Below, piece by piece: positions 42,164-52,078 of a stretch of 64,000 nucleotides of DNA. Position 1 is the stretch's first letter. Each line of letters opens with the position of its first letter. Position numbers and translations under genes: made by a program. The DNA is from an uncultured Puniceicoccaceae bacterium (lineage in GTDB: Bacteria; Verrucomicrobiota; Verrucomicrobiia; Opitutales; Oceanipulchritudinaceae), in assembly GCA_963933835.1 (NCBI GenBank), contig CAWVVV010000003.1, positions 32,001-96,000 of the forward strand. Reading direction: 5' to 3'. The notes under the pieces were generated by a model, which searched no databases, had not been told where the DNA came from, and was given only the letters and a program-made list of their open reading frames with translations.

Positions 42164-43104
42164 ACCGAATTGCCGTCATCGACATCGGTAGCAACACGAT
42201 CAAGTGCCTTGTCGCTACTCGAGACCCTGAAGGTCGCCTTATCGCGATCTTCGAGAAATCACTGCCTGTGCGTATCTCCACTGGGATCAGTGCAGCAGAA
42301 CCCGTCCTGAGCCGAGATGCGATCGACGCTGGATCCAACGCGGTCGCCTTCCTCGTCCACGAATGCCAGAAACGGGGTCCGATCGACGCCGTAAAGATCG
42401 TCGCAACGAGTGCGGTTCGCGACGCATCCAATCGCGAGAGTTTCTGCAAACTCGTCCATCAACGCGCCGGGCAAGACGTGCGCGTGCTCACCGGTATCGA
42501 GGAAGCGCAGCTTATCGGGCTCGGCATCCAAGAGGATCCCTCTCTCTCATCGATCGGAGACGACTTCTGCATCGCCGACATTGGCGGGGGAAGCCTTGAA
42601 TTACTCAAAGTCGAAGCCTCAAAAATCACCCATTCAGCGAGCCTCCAACTCGGATCAAACCGCCTCACGGAAAAGTTTGTAAGCCATTCGCAAGATCCAC
42701 TCGACCCGAAAGAAGCAGAGGCCATTGAAAAGCACACGACCGACGCCTTCATCGCATCGAAATTCCCCATCACTGCCCCGCTTGTCGCAACCGGGGGCGT
42801 CATCACGGTGTGGCGGTCGATGTATGCGCAAGGACAGGGACTAGAACTGAACGAGATCCCACCCGAACTCCCAGCGAGCAACCTTGCAGCGTGGATCGAA
42901 CAGTTTAGAGCCATCGATTGGGAAGCGCGAAAAGCCATCCCTGGTCTACCGGTGCAACGCGCGGATGTCATTCCCACTGGATTTATCACCATCAGGGCTC
43001 TTTTGAGTTATACGGGGGTGAGTCAATTAACCCATTCGTTCTACAATCTGCGTTTCGGCGTCGCTGCTCGCGCCCTCGCTAGTTTAGAGGATTTAATGCC
43101 TTGA
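42160..43104 (+). CDS. ppx: Ppx/GppA phosphatase (short form)
   Basis: IDIGSNT, ATSAVRDA.N, EEA, DIGGGSLE, RADVI. Confidence 0.88.
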   Translation: MNRIAVIDIGSNTIKCLVATRDPEGRLIAIFEKSLPVRISTGISAAEPVLSRDAIDAGSNAVAFLVHECQKRGPIDAVKIVATSAVRDASNRESFCKLVHQRAGQDVRVLTGIEEAQLIGLGIQEDPSLSSIGDDFCIADIGGGSLELLKVEASKITHSASLQLGSNRLTEKFVSHSQDPLDPKEAEAIEKHTTDAFIASKFPITAPLVATGGVITVWRSMYAQGQGLELNEIPPELPASNLAAWIEQFRAIDWEARKAIPGLPVQRADVIPTGFITIRALLSYTGVSQLTHSFYNLRFGVAARALASLEDLMP

Positions 43105-43135
43105 GCCTCACGGAAAGCCCTCACACGTTGGCCGG

Positions 43136-43645
43136 ATGGAAATCGCAAAAGACCGCGTCGTCACCCTACATTACGAGCTCACAAACCCTAAGGGAGAGGT
43201 CCTCGACAGCTCCCGTGGGCGCGAACCGCTCAATTATATTCACGGTCACGGGAATCTAATTCCTGGACTCGAGACCCGCATTATTGGTTGGGCAGCACCG
43301 CGTTCAGAAGACGTGCAAGTGCCTGCCAGCGAGGGCTACGGCGAGCACGATCCCGAAAAAACCATCCCTGCCCAGCGCAGCCAATTCCCCGCTGACGCGG
43401 AGCTTGCTCCCGGCGTCCAATTCCAAGCAGACGGCCCCCAAGGCCCCATGGTTGTGCGGATTTCAGCCGTCGATGGCGACGAGATCACCCTCGACGCCAA
43501 TCACCCGCTCGCAGGCATCGACCTGGAATTTGCAGTCGAACTCATCGAAGTCCGTGCTGCCACGGAGGACGAAATTTCCCATGGTCACGTCCACGGCCCA
43601 GAGGGTTGCGGACACTCGCCCGAAGAAACTCAAATTGCAGACTAG
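43136..43645 (+). CDS. slyD: FKBP-type PPIase SlyD
   Basis: LDSS, YIHG.GNLIPGLE, LDANHPLAG..L.F, EISHGHVH. Confidence 0.93.
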   Translation: MEIAKDRVVTLHYELTNPKGEVLDSSRGREPLNYIHGHGNLIPGLETRIIGWAAPRSEDVQVPASEGYGEHDPEKTIPAQRSQFPADAELAPGVQFQADGPQGPMVVRISAVDGDEITLDANHPLAGIDLEFAVELIEVRAATEDEISHGHVHGPEGCGHSPEETQIAD

Positions 43646-43757
43646 CAAAAGCTTGGGTTGACGTGGGCTGAAAGATCTATCTTAAGAGTCGCAAGATTAC
43701 CCGCAGCGTATCCCTCGCAGTTGAGGAAAGTGGCTAATCGCACTAAATAAAAATAAT

Positions 43758-43961
43758 ATGAGTACAGGTATCGTTAAGTGGTTCAATTCTGAAAAGGGCT
43801 ACGGATTCATTACACCGGACGAAGGTGGTAAAGACCTTTTCGTTCATCATTCTGAAATTCAAGTCTCTGGCTATGCCACCTTGGATGAAGGCGACAAAGT
43901 AAGCTTTGAAGTCGGCGAAGGACAAAAAGGTCCTTGTGCACAGAAAGTCCAAACCGTCTAA
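43758..43961 (+). CDS. Cold-shock protein (Csp family)
   Basis: [24 protein letters not shown]. Confidence 0.96.
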   Translation: MSTGIVKWFNSEKGYGFITPDEGGKDLFVHHSEIQVSGYATLDEGDKVSFEVGEGQKGPCAQKVQTV

Positions 43962-44043
43962 GGACGTCTGCTTTGTTGCAGTGAGCGATTTTTAGACTCG
44001 TCTTCTAGTTGCGGTATAATTCCCAAAACCCTTTCACGAGGTG

Positions 44044-44075
44044 AATCCATTTCCTTTTAGGAGATGGATTTTTTT
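44044..44075 (+). terminator. Intrinsic terminator after the csp gene
   Basis: AATCCATTTCCT/AGGAGATGGATT stem plus T-run. Confidence 0.8.
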
Positions 44076-44162
44076 ATGCCCGGATATCAGGGAGTGATCG
44101 GATAGATTACCTCAAAATCTACGTCTTGCTCTGTCTCCTGAGAGGCTTTTAATGACCGATAG

Positions 44163-45518
44163 ATGTCAAAGCTTCCTGCTCTCGATATACCAAATGTGCG
44201 CAATTTTGTCCGCTTCCGGATATTCTTCAACGCGCGCTACTACTACCCGATCTTCACGATCCTCTTTCTCGACTTCGGACTCTCACTTGAGCAGTTCACG
44301 ATGCTCAACGTCCTTTGGGCCCTGACGATCGTTTTTGCCGAAGTTCCGTCGGGTGCGCTCGCCGATGTCGTTGGACGGCGAAACCTCCTCCTTGCTGGGG
44401 CCATCCTGATGATGATCGAGATGGCTGTGCTACTGGTGGCACCACTGAATGGAGGCACTCTTACCTTAACCCTCTTTGCCATCAATCGGATCGCAAGCGG
44501 TCTCGCCGAGGCGATGGTGAGCGGAGCCGATGAAGCCCTTGCCTACGATAGCTTGAAAAAGGATGGCGATGCTTCGGCGTGGACGAAAGTGCTCGAACAC
44601 CTCGGCAAGCGCATGTCACCCATCATGGGCATCGTCATGGTAGTCGGGGCACTGACCTACGACAGCGTCTTCGTTAACTCTATTATCAACCCCATCGGAT
44701 GGAGCATACCGAAAGAGTGGCTTATTCGGGCCCCTGTTACCCTCACCTTTCTACATAGCCTCGTCGCCATCTGGACGGCTTGGAAAATGCGAGAGCCCGA
44801 GCCGATCAACTCCGATGGCCACCTCTTCGCACGCATCGGCCAAGCTTTAAAACAAATCTGGAAGGCCGTTCGCTGGCTCGGCGGCAATCGCTTTGTCCTC
44901 TTCGTCATCCTCGGCGGACTGATTCTAGATAGCGTGGCACGGCAGTTTGTCATCCTCGCGAGTGAATATTACCGGCTCATCAGTATTCCGGAGTTTGCCT
45001 TTGGATTTCTCAGCGCAGGCCTTGCTGCGTTCGGCTTCGTTTTCGCAAAGGTCAATCGCTACCTAGCCGAGCAACGCTCGCCCCTTGCAAATCTCTTCAT
45101 TCTCTCCGCCCTCCTTCTCGTCGGTCTGGTGGGGCTCAGCCTCGCCGTCCCCTACTTCGGCATTCTCTTCATACCGGTTATCTTCTTCATGTTTTCGGGG
45201 GTCACATTCCTCCAAAGCACCTATATTAATCACGAAGTAGATTCTTCACTACGCGCCACAATGCTTAGTTTCCGAGGGCTCGCGACCAATTTGGGAATGG
45301 CCGCCGCCAGCCAGGCCTACGCCATTCTTGTCGTCCGCCTCAAAGAAGCCGAGCCCGCAACGCTAACCGGAAAAGAGCTCCAAGACACGGTCTTCATCAA
45401 AGCCATCCCGTATTTTCCCATCTATTATTTAATCCTCCTCGCGATGCTTCTTATTGGAGGAGCGATTTTCATTCGCCGTAAAAGCGCCGTTATGACGGTG
45501 CCAAACAAGCCTGATTGA
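44163..45518 (+). CDS. MFS transporter
   Basis: EVPSGALADVVGRR (motif A), SGADEALAYDSL, LRATMLS; about 12 TM segments. Confidence 0.9.
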   Translation: MSKLPALDIPNVRNFVRFRIFFNARYYYPIFTILFLDFGLSLEQFTMLNVLWALTIVFAEVPSGALADVVGRRNLLLAGAILMMIEMAVLLVAPLNGGTLTLTLFAINRIASGLAEAMVSGADEALAYDSLKKDGDASAWTKVLEHLGKRMSPIMGIVMVVGALTYDSVFVNSIINPIGWSIPKEWLIRAPVTLTFLHSLVAIWTAWKMREPEPINSDGHLFARIGQALKQIWKAVRWLGGNRFVLFVILGGLILDSVARQFVILASEYYRLISIPEFAFGFLSAGLAAFGFVFAKVNRYLAEQRSPLANLFILSALLLVGLVGLSLAVPYFGILFIPVIFFMFSGVTFLQSTYINHEVDSSLRATMLSFRGLATNLGMAAASQAYAILVVRLKEAEPATLTGKELQDTVFIKAIPYFPIYYLILLAMLLIGGAIFIRRKSAVMTVPNKPD

Positions 45519-45519
45519 C

Positions 45520-46335
45520 CTACCTAAGAACGAGCACCCCGAGCAGTTCGAGGCTTCTACGAAAACCGCTAAAGGGGATTTCGTCGTTCCAACCAGAAGA
45601 CTCCTTTTTGTCTATCGAGTTCAAGAGGTTTCCAGCGAACTTAACCAAAACAAAGCCTCCCGTATCCACTTCGCCACTACCTTCATATTAAACCAAAACA
45701 CCCGGTATTACTTTGTAGTAGTTTTTACCGACATTTTGATTATATTGAACAGCTGACACAAAACCATCGACATTCAACGCGGTATAGCCGGGAAGCAGGA
45801 CCAGCGGATCCACACTATGCTCCGGCACGAGATAGAGAATTTCGCCAGAGATATTCTGGATAACTGTTCTACACTCTTGATCAGCATGTTCACCAAATTC
45901 CATCTCGATGGGCGTAGCCGAAAAAGCATTATCTCTGAGATATGCCCTTAATAGATCGTTTCGAATGATCGTCACTCCGCTTACCAATGCCGGCCCCGGG
46001 GGCTGATGTGTAAGCGTATCTGGATTATCTGGATCTAAAGCCGCCTGGTAGACTTTAAACCCATTCGTCTTGAGCGAAAATTCCTCAAAAGTCTCGGGCC
46101 AGCCGGCGAGCGAATGAATCGTCAATCGCGGCGGAAGGCTATTCTCAGTCAAAGATTCCAGAGCGGGTTCCAGCACGATTTTGACCTCCGGCTGCACTGA
46201 ATTCAATCCACTCCTCGATAGCGGCTTCGGCTCCTCAGGAAGGGATGATGGCGGCACCTGCACACAGGCTCCAAAAGCAAGCGGAAGCATCGCTAGAGCG
46301 ACTTTAGAAGGTGAGCATGCCTTGATCGAAATCAT
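45520..46335 (-). pseudogene. Hypothetical lipoprotein with probable premature TAA at 45688-45690
   Basis: Lipobox AFGAC; the same frame stays open for 55 more codons to TAG 45520-45522. Confidence 0.5.
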
Positions 46336-46372
46336 TGAAAACAGAGAAATCCGAAGAGCGAGCAGCGATCTG

Positions 46373-47317
46373 TCAATGCGCTATCGAGTTCTCTTCGAGC
46401 GCCCGACCAGTGAACGCTTGAAAGAGGGTTCCAACACTCGGCGGCTGAAGGCTGGCAAACCCTCGTTCCAAGCCCTGTGCCCGCATCATTGCGTAGAAAT
46501 CTTCCACCCTGATGTCCTCAGGGAGTGCGCTCATGAAGGTTTTTCTAGGGCCATCTGCCCAGACAAAGCCTTCCATGATCGTCTCATCAACAAGCTCCTC
46601 GCTCGCCGGACTGCGAGGAATCGAGATCTGTGGCGGAAGGCTTTGAGACTCGGCAAGTTCTTGAGGAGCACCGTTCGCAACCAAGCATCCACCATCCAGA
46701 ATGCAGAGCTCATCAAAAAAGGCTGATGGCACATCCGAGGCGGTCGCAAGGACACAAGTCGTCCCAGAGGCAGCAACAGACGCAAGACAGCCCAAGGCGG
46801 CAGCGAGCTCATCTACGCCTATCGACGATGGTTCTTCGAGCAGTAGGCAACGGGGACCCGACAAAAGATTTAGTGCGATCGAAAGACGCCAGCGCTCAGC
46901 TGGAGAAAAATGACTGAATGATGCCTGCGCACGTTCCCAAAGCTCCAAATCCCTGAGCACCGCTTCAGCGCGCTCGGAAGGTGTAACCTTTGATCGGCTC
47001 AAATGCGGCGACTCCAATTTTCTTAGAAGCCTCTCCCAAACCGTCCCTGCGCTTGGATAGCTTAAATCTGCCGAAGCGAGCGCGACATCCTGACGCCAAC
47101 GAGGCGCCTTCGGCGTAAGCGCTTCGCCATCGAGGTAGAAGCGACCTTCCTTGGCCTTCTGACCGCCGGCAAGGACCTTCAGTAAGCCGCCTTTGCCCGC
47201 GCCGATGGGCCCAATGAGCCCAACCACTTTTCGCGCCGGGATCGAGAAATCGAGCTTACTGAGCCCACTCTTACCTTTGCTCGATGGACGTGCCGAGAGC
47301 GCTTCGATCCGAATCAT
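46373..47317 (-). CDS. Degenerate ABC transporter ATP-binding protein
   Basis: GLIGPIGAGKGG, FSPAER in place of LSGGQ, LLLEEP, no H-loop His. Confidence 0.75.
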   Translation of the reverse strand: MIRIEALSARPSSKGKSGLSKLDFSIPARKVVGLIGPIGAGKGGLLKVLAGGQKAKEGRFYLDGEALTPKAPRWRQDVALASADLSYPSAGTVWERLLRKLESPHLSRSKVTPSERAEAVLRDLELWERAQASFSHFSPAERWRLSIALNLLSGPRCLLLEEPSSIGVDELAAALGCLASVAASGTTCVLATASDVPSAFFDELCILDGGCLVANGAPQELAESQSLPPQISIPRSPASEELVDETIMEGFVWADGPRKTFMSALPEDIRVEDFYAMMRAQGLERGFASLQPPSVGTLFQAFTGRALEENSIAH

Positions 47318-47329
47318 AGGAATGCGACC

Positions 47330-47998
47330 TTAGCGCTCGTGATCAAGATCAGGCGTCGCCTGATCTATCGCATCAAAGAGAGCGCTGAGCAGCTTAGGAT
47401 CTTTGATTCCAGGCTCGGACTCGACGCCACTAGCCAGATCAACGATCTCTGGTTGGCAGATCGAGATCGCTTCACCGACGTTGGCCGGATTCAGACCACC
47501 CGCAAGAATCCAATGCTTATGCTGATATAGAGCGCTCCAATCGAGATACGCCTGCCAGTTTCCGGTATGTCCCGTTCCCCCGTACTGACCTTTGGCATAA
47601 GCATCGACCAACATTGTTTCGGCGAACTCCATGATGATTTGAGGGAAATGAAGTTCTTGAGGCGGGATCCGTGGTGCGAGCCAGAGACGTTCGGCTCCGA
47701 CAAGCCCCGACCAACCTGCAACCGTTGCGATTGCAATATCGAGGTCGAAGTGGATCTGAAAGAAGTCGAATGGCAGCTCGCGGTATTGCGCTAAAAGATC
47801 AGTCGGCGTCGCGACATCAACCAGAACCCGCTTGCCCTTTGGAATCGCCTCAAGCAACTCCGCCACACGCTCGATCGGAACAGAACGCGGCGAGCGTTCG
47901 TAGACGTTGATACCGATATAGTCCGCCCCGAGGGAAAGCGCCAACTCGATGTCTTCAAGACGGGTGATTCCACAAATTTTGATTTTGGGGCGGGTCAT
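47330..47998 (-). CDS. trpF: Phosphoribosylanthranilate isomerase
   Basis: KIKICGIT, SPRSV, YGGTG, LAGGLNP.NV, DLASGVES.PG.KD. Confidence 0.95.
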   Translation of the reverse strand: MTRPKIKICGITRLEDIELALSLGADYIGINVYERSPRSVPIERVAELLEAIPKGKRVLVDVATPTDLLAQYRELPFDFFQIHFDLDIAIATVAGWSGLVGAERLWLAPRIPPQELHFPQIIMEFAETMLVDAYAKGQYGGTGHTGNWQAYLDWSALYQHKHWILAGGLNPANVGEAISICQPEIVDLASGVESEPGIKDPKLLSALFDAIDQATPDLDHER

Positions 47999-48098
47999 GA
48001 TAGGCTCCATCCTGAGTAAAAAGAGACACAGGCCAAGAGGGAAAACTACCCGAAAGCCGAGATAGAACCTGCGCCCCAAGGCACAGAAAAGTAAAAAA

Positions 48099-48288
48099 GG
48101 TCTCCCCCGGAATCGCCGTGAATGTAATCAAGCTCTTGTCCTTTTGTATGGCAAAGGTGGGTGCTTCCGACCAAGCTTTTGTCTTCCGGTGTGCGGCATG
48201 ACAGCGGCCCAGCCGGGTCGAGCTCCCAAGGGAATGATTATCAGAGAAGAGCGCTTTGAAAACCTCTCGAACGCTCCAGAGGAGATTT
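48099..48288 (-). ncRNA. ssrS: 6S RNA
   Basis: About 190 nt; ends pair (ATCTCCTCTGGA / TTCCGGGGGAGAC); hallmark TGGGAGC..GCACCCACCT; T-run after the 3' end; upstream promoter. Confidence 0.75.
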
Positions 48289-48292
48289 ACTG

Positions 48293-48320
48293 AACCTAGC
48301 TAAATGCTCCCAGAGGTCAA
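48293..48320 (-). promoter_or_regulatory. sigma70-type promoter of the 6S RNA
   Basis: TTGACC-N16-TAGGTT, nearly identical to the tRNA-Asp promoter TTGACC-N16-TAGCTT. Confidence 0.6.
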
Positions 48321-48438
48321 GGGCGGCCTGAACTCTCCATATATTCAATATTCCTACATCCTTGAGATCTTTAGGGTCGCAAGATTTCGACGAGGGTTGA
48401 ATTGACCTCGTCTCGGAAGCTCTTCTCTTTCAGGAGCT

Positions 48439-48579
48439 ATGACCGAGCCCACTGAACCAGCCACTACGCCCGAACCGAAGAGTTCTGAACGCCCTTGGCC
48501 GATGTCGTGGATTCTCATCATTATCCTCGCCTACATCGCCGCACAGATAGCGTACTTTATTTTCTTCGCGAAGGCCTAG
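48439..48579 (+). CDS. 46-aa single-TM small protein
   Basis: AGGAG RBS; MTEPTEPATTPEPKSSERPWPMSWILIIILAYIAAQIAYFIFFAKA. Confidence 0.6.
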   Translation: MTEPTEPATTPEPKSSERPWPMSWILIIILAYIAAQIAYFIFFAKA

Positions 48580-48610
48580 TCCGCTCTAAAGAACTCATCC
48601 TACAGTCGTT

Positions 48611-49237
48611 TTGAAAACCCTTCTTACAGAAACCTCCTGGATACTCCTCGTCTCCCTGCCCATCATCAGCGCATTTATCGGCTGGGGAACTAATCGGCTC
48701 GCGAGGCGCATGCTCTTTCATCCGCGCAAAGCGATCAATTTCGGGCTCTTTAAAGTGCAAGGACTCATCCCCCGCCGTCATGCCGAAATTGCAGAACGCA
48801 CGGGCGAAATCGTCGCTAGGGAGCTCGTCCACGGCCATGCCCTCAAAAGTGAAATCGAGAAAATCGACCTCTCTCTCCTCCTCGATCAATCCGTCCACGG
48901 ACTCGTTCACGATCGACTGGGTCCACGCCTGAAAACAATCCACTTCCTCGGAGCTATGATCAATGCCCAGCTCCTTGACCGCCTCGAAGAAATGGCTCGT
49001 GAGGCGATGCAGGAAGAGTCGCCCAAGATTAAGGCACAGGTTGCAAAAATGGCTGAAGAACAAATCGATATTCAGCGCATCGTCCGCGAGCGCGTCGACG
49101 CCTTTGAACTGAACAAACTTGAAGACGTCGTCTGGAACCTCGCCGGCAGCGAATTTCGCCAGATCGAAATCTTCGGCGCTGTCTTAGGCTTTATGATCGG
49201 TGTCGTTCAGTTAGGGCTTGTCGCGTTTATTGGGTAG
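48611..49237 (+). CDS. DUF445 family protein
   Basis: ISAFIGWGTNRLA..MLFHP, QGLIPRR, E...IE.FGAVLGF.IG..Q. Confidence 0.85.
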   Translation: MKTLLTETSWILLVSLPIISAFIGWGTNRLARRMLFHPRKAINFGLFKVQGLIPRRHAEIAERTGEIVARELVHGHALKSEIEKIDLSLLLDQSVHGLVHDRLGPRLKTIHFLGAMINAQLLDRLEEMAREAMQEESPKIKAQVAKMAEEQIDIQRIVRERVDAFELNKLEDVVWNLAGSEFRQIEIFGAVLGFMIGVVQLGLVAFIG

Positions 49238-49242
49238 TTCAC

Positions 49243-49914
49243 CTACCCTAGCTCCAATTCATTGAGCATCGCCTGCGTATCCACTATAAGACTACGCAGA
49301 TCACCACCGTGGATTAGCCGGAATTCTGCTTCATGGCTAAGCAGACGGAGCTCTATACCGCGGGTATCGGAGGGTCTTAGGAGAACTGAACTGATATCAG
49401 AGGGATACTCCATGAGTGGCTCTATCTCAGGCTTTTCTTCCCATTCATCAATCACCGCAGCGAGATCGAGCGCCTCAGTGAAGTTGATCCGCACGGTATC
49501 GAGGTGACCATGAAAGCAGCGTGAAAAGGTATCGGTTGCCAGCGTTTCGAGGGAAGAAAACCCGCTCAACTCTACTTGTTGCTGATAAAGTCGTGGCTCT
49601 TTGGAATCTTGATCAAGCGAGAGACTGAGCTCAAAGTCAGGGGTACGGAGCAGTGAGCCTGCGTCCTCATGCGTGCAGGCGATTTCTTTCCTCTTCCAGC
49701 CGAAGTCATGACGAAAACTCTGAAAAAAGCCTTCGGCGAGTTCTTCGATCTCTCCACGACCAATTTTGCGGATGAAGGCCTCGGCAGCGGGGAAGCAGGT
49801 GTCGGGTTCATGATGAGACCCCTTTATGAAACCCTTCAAGCGTCGTATCCGCCCGCTGCTCGCACCGCAAAGCACGACTCTGAAATGTTTATCCGCTCGG
49901 TCTTCACCTCTCAC
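49243..49914 (-). CDS. Hypothetical protein
   Basis: 223-aa ORF filling the gap; no recognised motif. Confidence 0.6.
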   Translation of the reverse strand: MRGEDRADKHFRVVLCGASSGRIRRLKGFIKGSHHEPDTCFPAAEAFIRKIGRGEIEELAEGFFQSFRHDFGWKRKEIACTHEDAGSLLRTPDFELSLSLDQDSKEPRLYQQQVELSGFSSLETLATDTFSRCFHGHLDTVRINFTEALDLAAVIDEWEEKPEIEPLMEYPSDISSVLLRPSDTRGIELRLLSHEAEFRLIHGGDLRSLIVDTQAMLNELELG

Positions 49915-50039
49915 ATTGCAAAGCCAACGAGACCATCGGTCAGACGTCCAGCGAAGAGCTCACCGTGTTGAAGGAGAAGTGATTTTTTTCATCATCTAGG
50001 CTTGCTCCATCACTTCTCGGTCGCCTTATTGACATCGCA

Positions 50040-52073
50040 ATGCCATTAAGGAATCAAAAACGAACCGTCTTTCTCGCTGCTGCTGCGCTATCTACCGCTC
50101 TCGCTCCAAGCATGATGGCGCAAGAGGAAGTAGTGGAACTAGAGAGCTTCGATGTGACAGCGCTGCACTTTCCTGAATTGTCCGTCGAGGTCCCTAGTGC
50201 CATTTCGATTATCGAAGGAAGCGATCTAACAAACTACGGAGCTGCCACGATTCCAGAAATTTTGAGCTCAAGCGCTGGAATTGTCACTCGAAGTCTTTCG
50301 GGCACGCCCTCTCAGGCTACAATTGATATCCGCGGGATGGCTGCAACGGCCAACCAACGCGTCCTCACACTCGTCAACGGACGCCGTCTCAATCGCCCCG
50401 ACCTAGGCCAAATCAACTGGCTGCAAATCCTCCCTAGTGACGTCCAGCGGATCGAAGTCTACCGGGGCGGCCAAGGCGTCATCTACGGCGACAATGCGAT
50501 GGGCGGCCTGATCAAGATTGAAACGATCAGTCCTGCTGAACCCGGTTTATCGCTCGGCATTAATTTCGGAAGCGAGAATCTGCGCAGTGCCAACCTCTCT
50601 GCCGAAACAGATATACCCTCTGGAGGACTCCGCGTAAGCACGTTCTTCCTTCAGCAAGACGGCTATCGCGACCACTCAGAAGTCAGCGTGAGCAATATCA
50701 ACGGGACTCTAGCACTTGAACTCAACGATTGGACAACAGAGACGAGTCTACAGTATTCGCAACAGGACACAGAGATGCCAGGCGCCGTTGTCTCATTTGG
50801 ATTTCCGAACAATCCACGAGCAGCGCAGAACACGACTGACTTTGTCCGTGAAGAGAACCTCAACTTCGACGAAGTCGTACGTGGGGCCATCAGCGACACG
50901 CTCGACCTCGAAGTGATCTTCAATTTTTCCGCACGCGACCAAGAGACCTTCTTCTTTTCATACACGGAAAATGATCTGGAAAGCCTCAGCCTGAGCCCGC
51001 GATTCCACTACACAACCGGTCCCGTAGAATGGGTCTTTGGAACAGATTTAAGCAAAGACACCCTCGACGTTTCAATCTACCCTGACGAATCAAAGGGAAC
51101 ACTCTCCAATACAGCTGAAGTAGAGCGGGAAAGCTACGCGGGCTATCTTCATGCCACCTATGGAATCACCGACAGCACCTCACTGCGCGGCGGCATACGG
51201 CATCAGAGTGTAAAGACCTCAGCGTCCTCGACTGCGGGTGGCAGCGCAGCTCCAGACTTTGCTGACGCCGCTACTCACGACCTCCAAGCAGCAACCGTAG
51301 GTATTAACCACCGAATCGGCAAAAATGCCAGAGTCTGGGCACGATGGGATCGCCTCTTCCGCTTTCCAGTGACCGATGAAGTAGCGAGCTACCAAGGCTT
51401 TCTCCTCAACCCACCCTTCAATCTCGATCTGCGTCCTGAAAAAGGAAATGGATACGAAATCGGAGGTCAATTAACGGCGGGCGAATTCCTTCTTTCTGGA
51501 AACCTCTTCCTTATCGAACTGGAGGACGAAATCACTTTCTACACCGACCCTATAACCTTTGCTTCTGCGAATGTTAATCTCCCCGCCACCCAGCGCGAAG
51601 GTATCGAGATTTCACTACGCTATGAAGGCGAACGCTTCCGTGCCTCCGCAAGCTGGACTGGGCTGAGTGCTGAATTCACCGAAGGCCCGAATGATGGCAA
51701 CACGCCTGCCCTCATCCCGCGCCACCAAGTCAACCTTAGCGCAGAGGTCGACCTACTGGACAACCTCCGCTTCGGCGCCCGTGCTCTCTACCTAAGTAAA
51801 CAGTATGAAGATCAGTATTTAGATGCCGACTGGGACCAACCCTTCGGCGCACCCAATGCTGATCCCTACATTCCAGAAAGCTTCGTCGTTGATACCTACC
51901 TTAATTACGAAGTAAACGACCGCGTCTCCCTACAATTCACAATCACAAATCTCTTCGACCGCGACTATGCTCCCTACAAGCTGACCACTTACGACCTTGC
52001 TAACCCAGACGCAGACGCTTGGTATCCAGCGCCCGGCATCGGCTGGCGCTTCAGCGGTCAGTTTGAGTGGTAG
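50040..52073 (+). CDS. TonB-dependent receptor
   Basis: Signal peptide, IDIRG, RIEVYRGG..YG.NAMGG.I.I, LRPE, NLFDR.Y, C-terminal W. Confidence 0.92.
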   Translation: MPLRNQKRTVFLAAAALSTALAPSMMAQEEVVELESFDVTALHFPELSVEVPSAISIIEGSDLTNYGAATIPEILSSSAGIVTRSLSGTPSQATIDIRGMAATANQRVLTLVNGRRLNRPDLGQINWLQILPSDVQRIEVYRGGQGVIYGDNAMGGLIKIETISPAEPGLSLGINFGSENLRSANLSAETDIPSGGLRVSTFFLQQDGYRDHSEVSVSNINGTLALELNDWTTETSLQYSQQDTEMPGAVVSFGFPNNPRAAQNTTDFVREENLNFDEVVRGAISDTLDLEVIFNFSARDQETFFFSYTENDLESLSLSPRFHYTTGPVEWVFGTDLSKDTLDVSIYPDESKGTLSNTAEVERESYAGYLHATYGITDSTSLRGGIRHQSVKTSASSTAGGSAAPDFADAATHDLQAATVGINHRIGKNARVWARWDRLFRFPVTDEVASYQGFLLNPPFNLDLRPEKGNGYEIGGQLTAGEFLLSGNLFLIELEDEITFYTDPITFASANVNLPATQREGIEISLRYEGERFRASASWTGLSAEFTEGPNDGNTPALIPRHQVNLSAEVDLLDNLRFGARALYLSKQYEDQYLDADWDQPFGAPNADPYIPESFVVDTYLNYEVNDRVSLQFTITNLFDRDYAPYKLTTYDLANPDADAWYPAPGIGWRFSGQFEW

Positions 52074-52078
52074 ATATC

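Noticed and set aside
30541..45690. TAA reassignment suggested by two in-frame TAA codons
   Set aside because: Core genes such as thiC, pyk and lysC end at TAA at expected positions, and the PL6 gene has other damage
48313..48417. GAGGTCAA/TTGACCTC inverted repeat as a second structured RNA
   Set aside because: The left copy is the -35 of the 6S promoter and the right may be the -35 of the divergent gene; no RNA family hallmarks
49915..50039. Cobalamin riboswitch and btuB call for the TBDR at 50040
   Set aside because: Short intergenic region without B12-box motifs; substrate cannot be assigned
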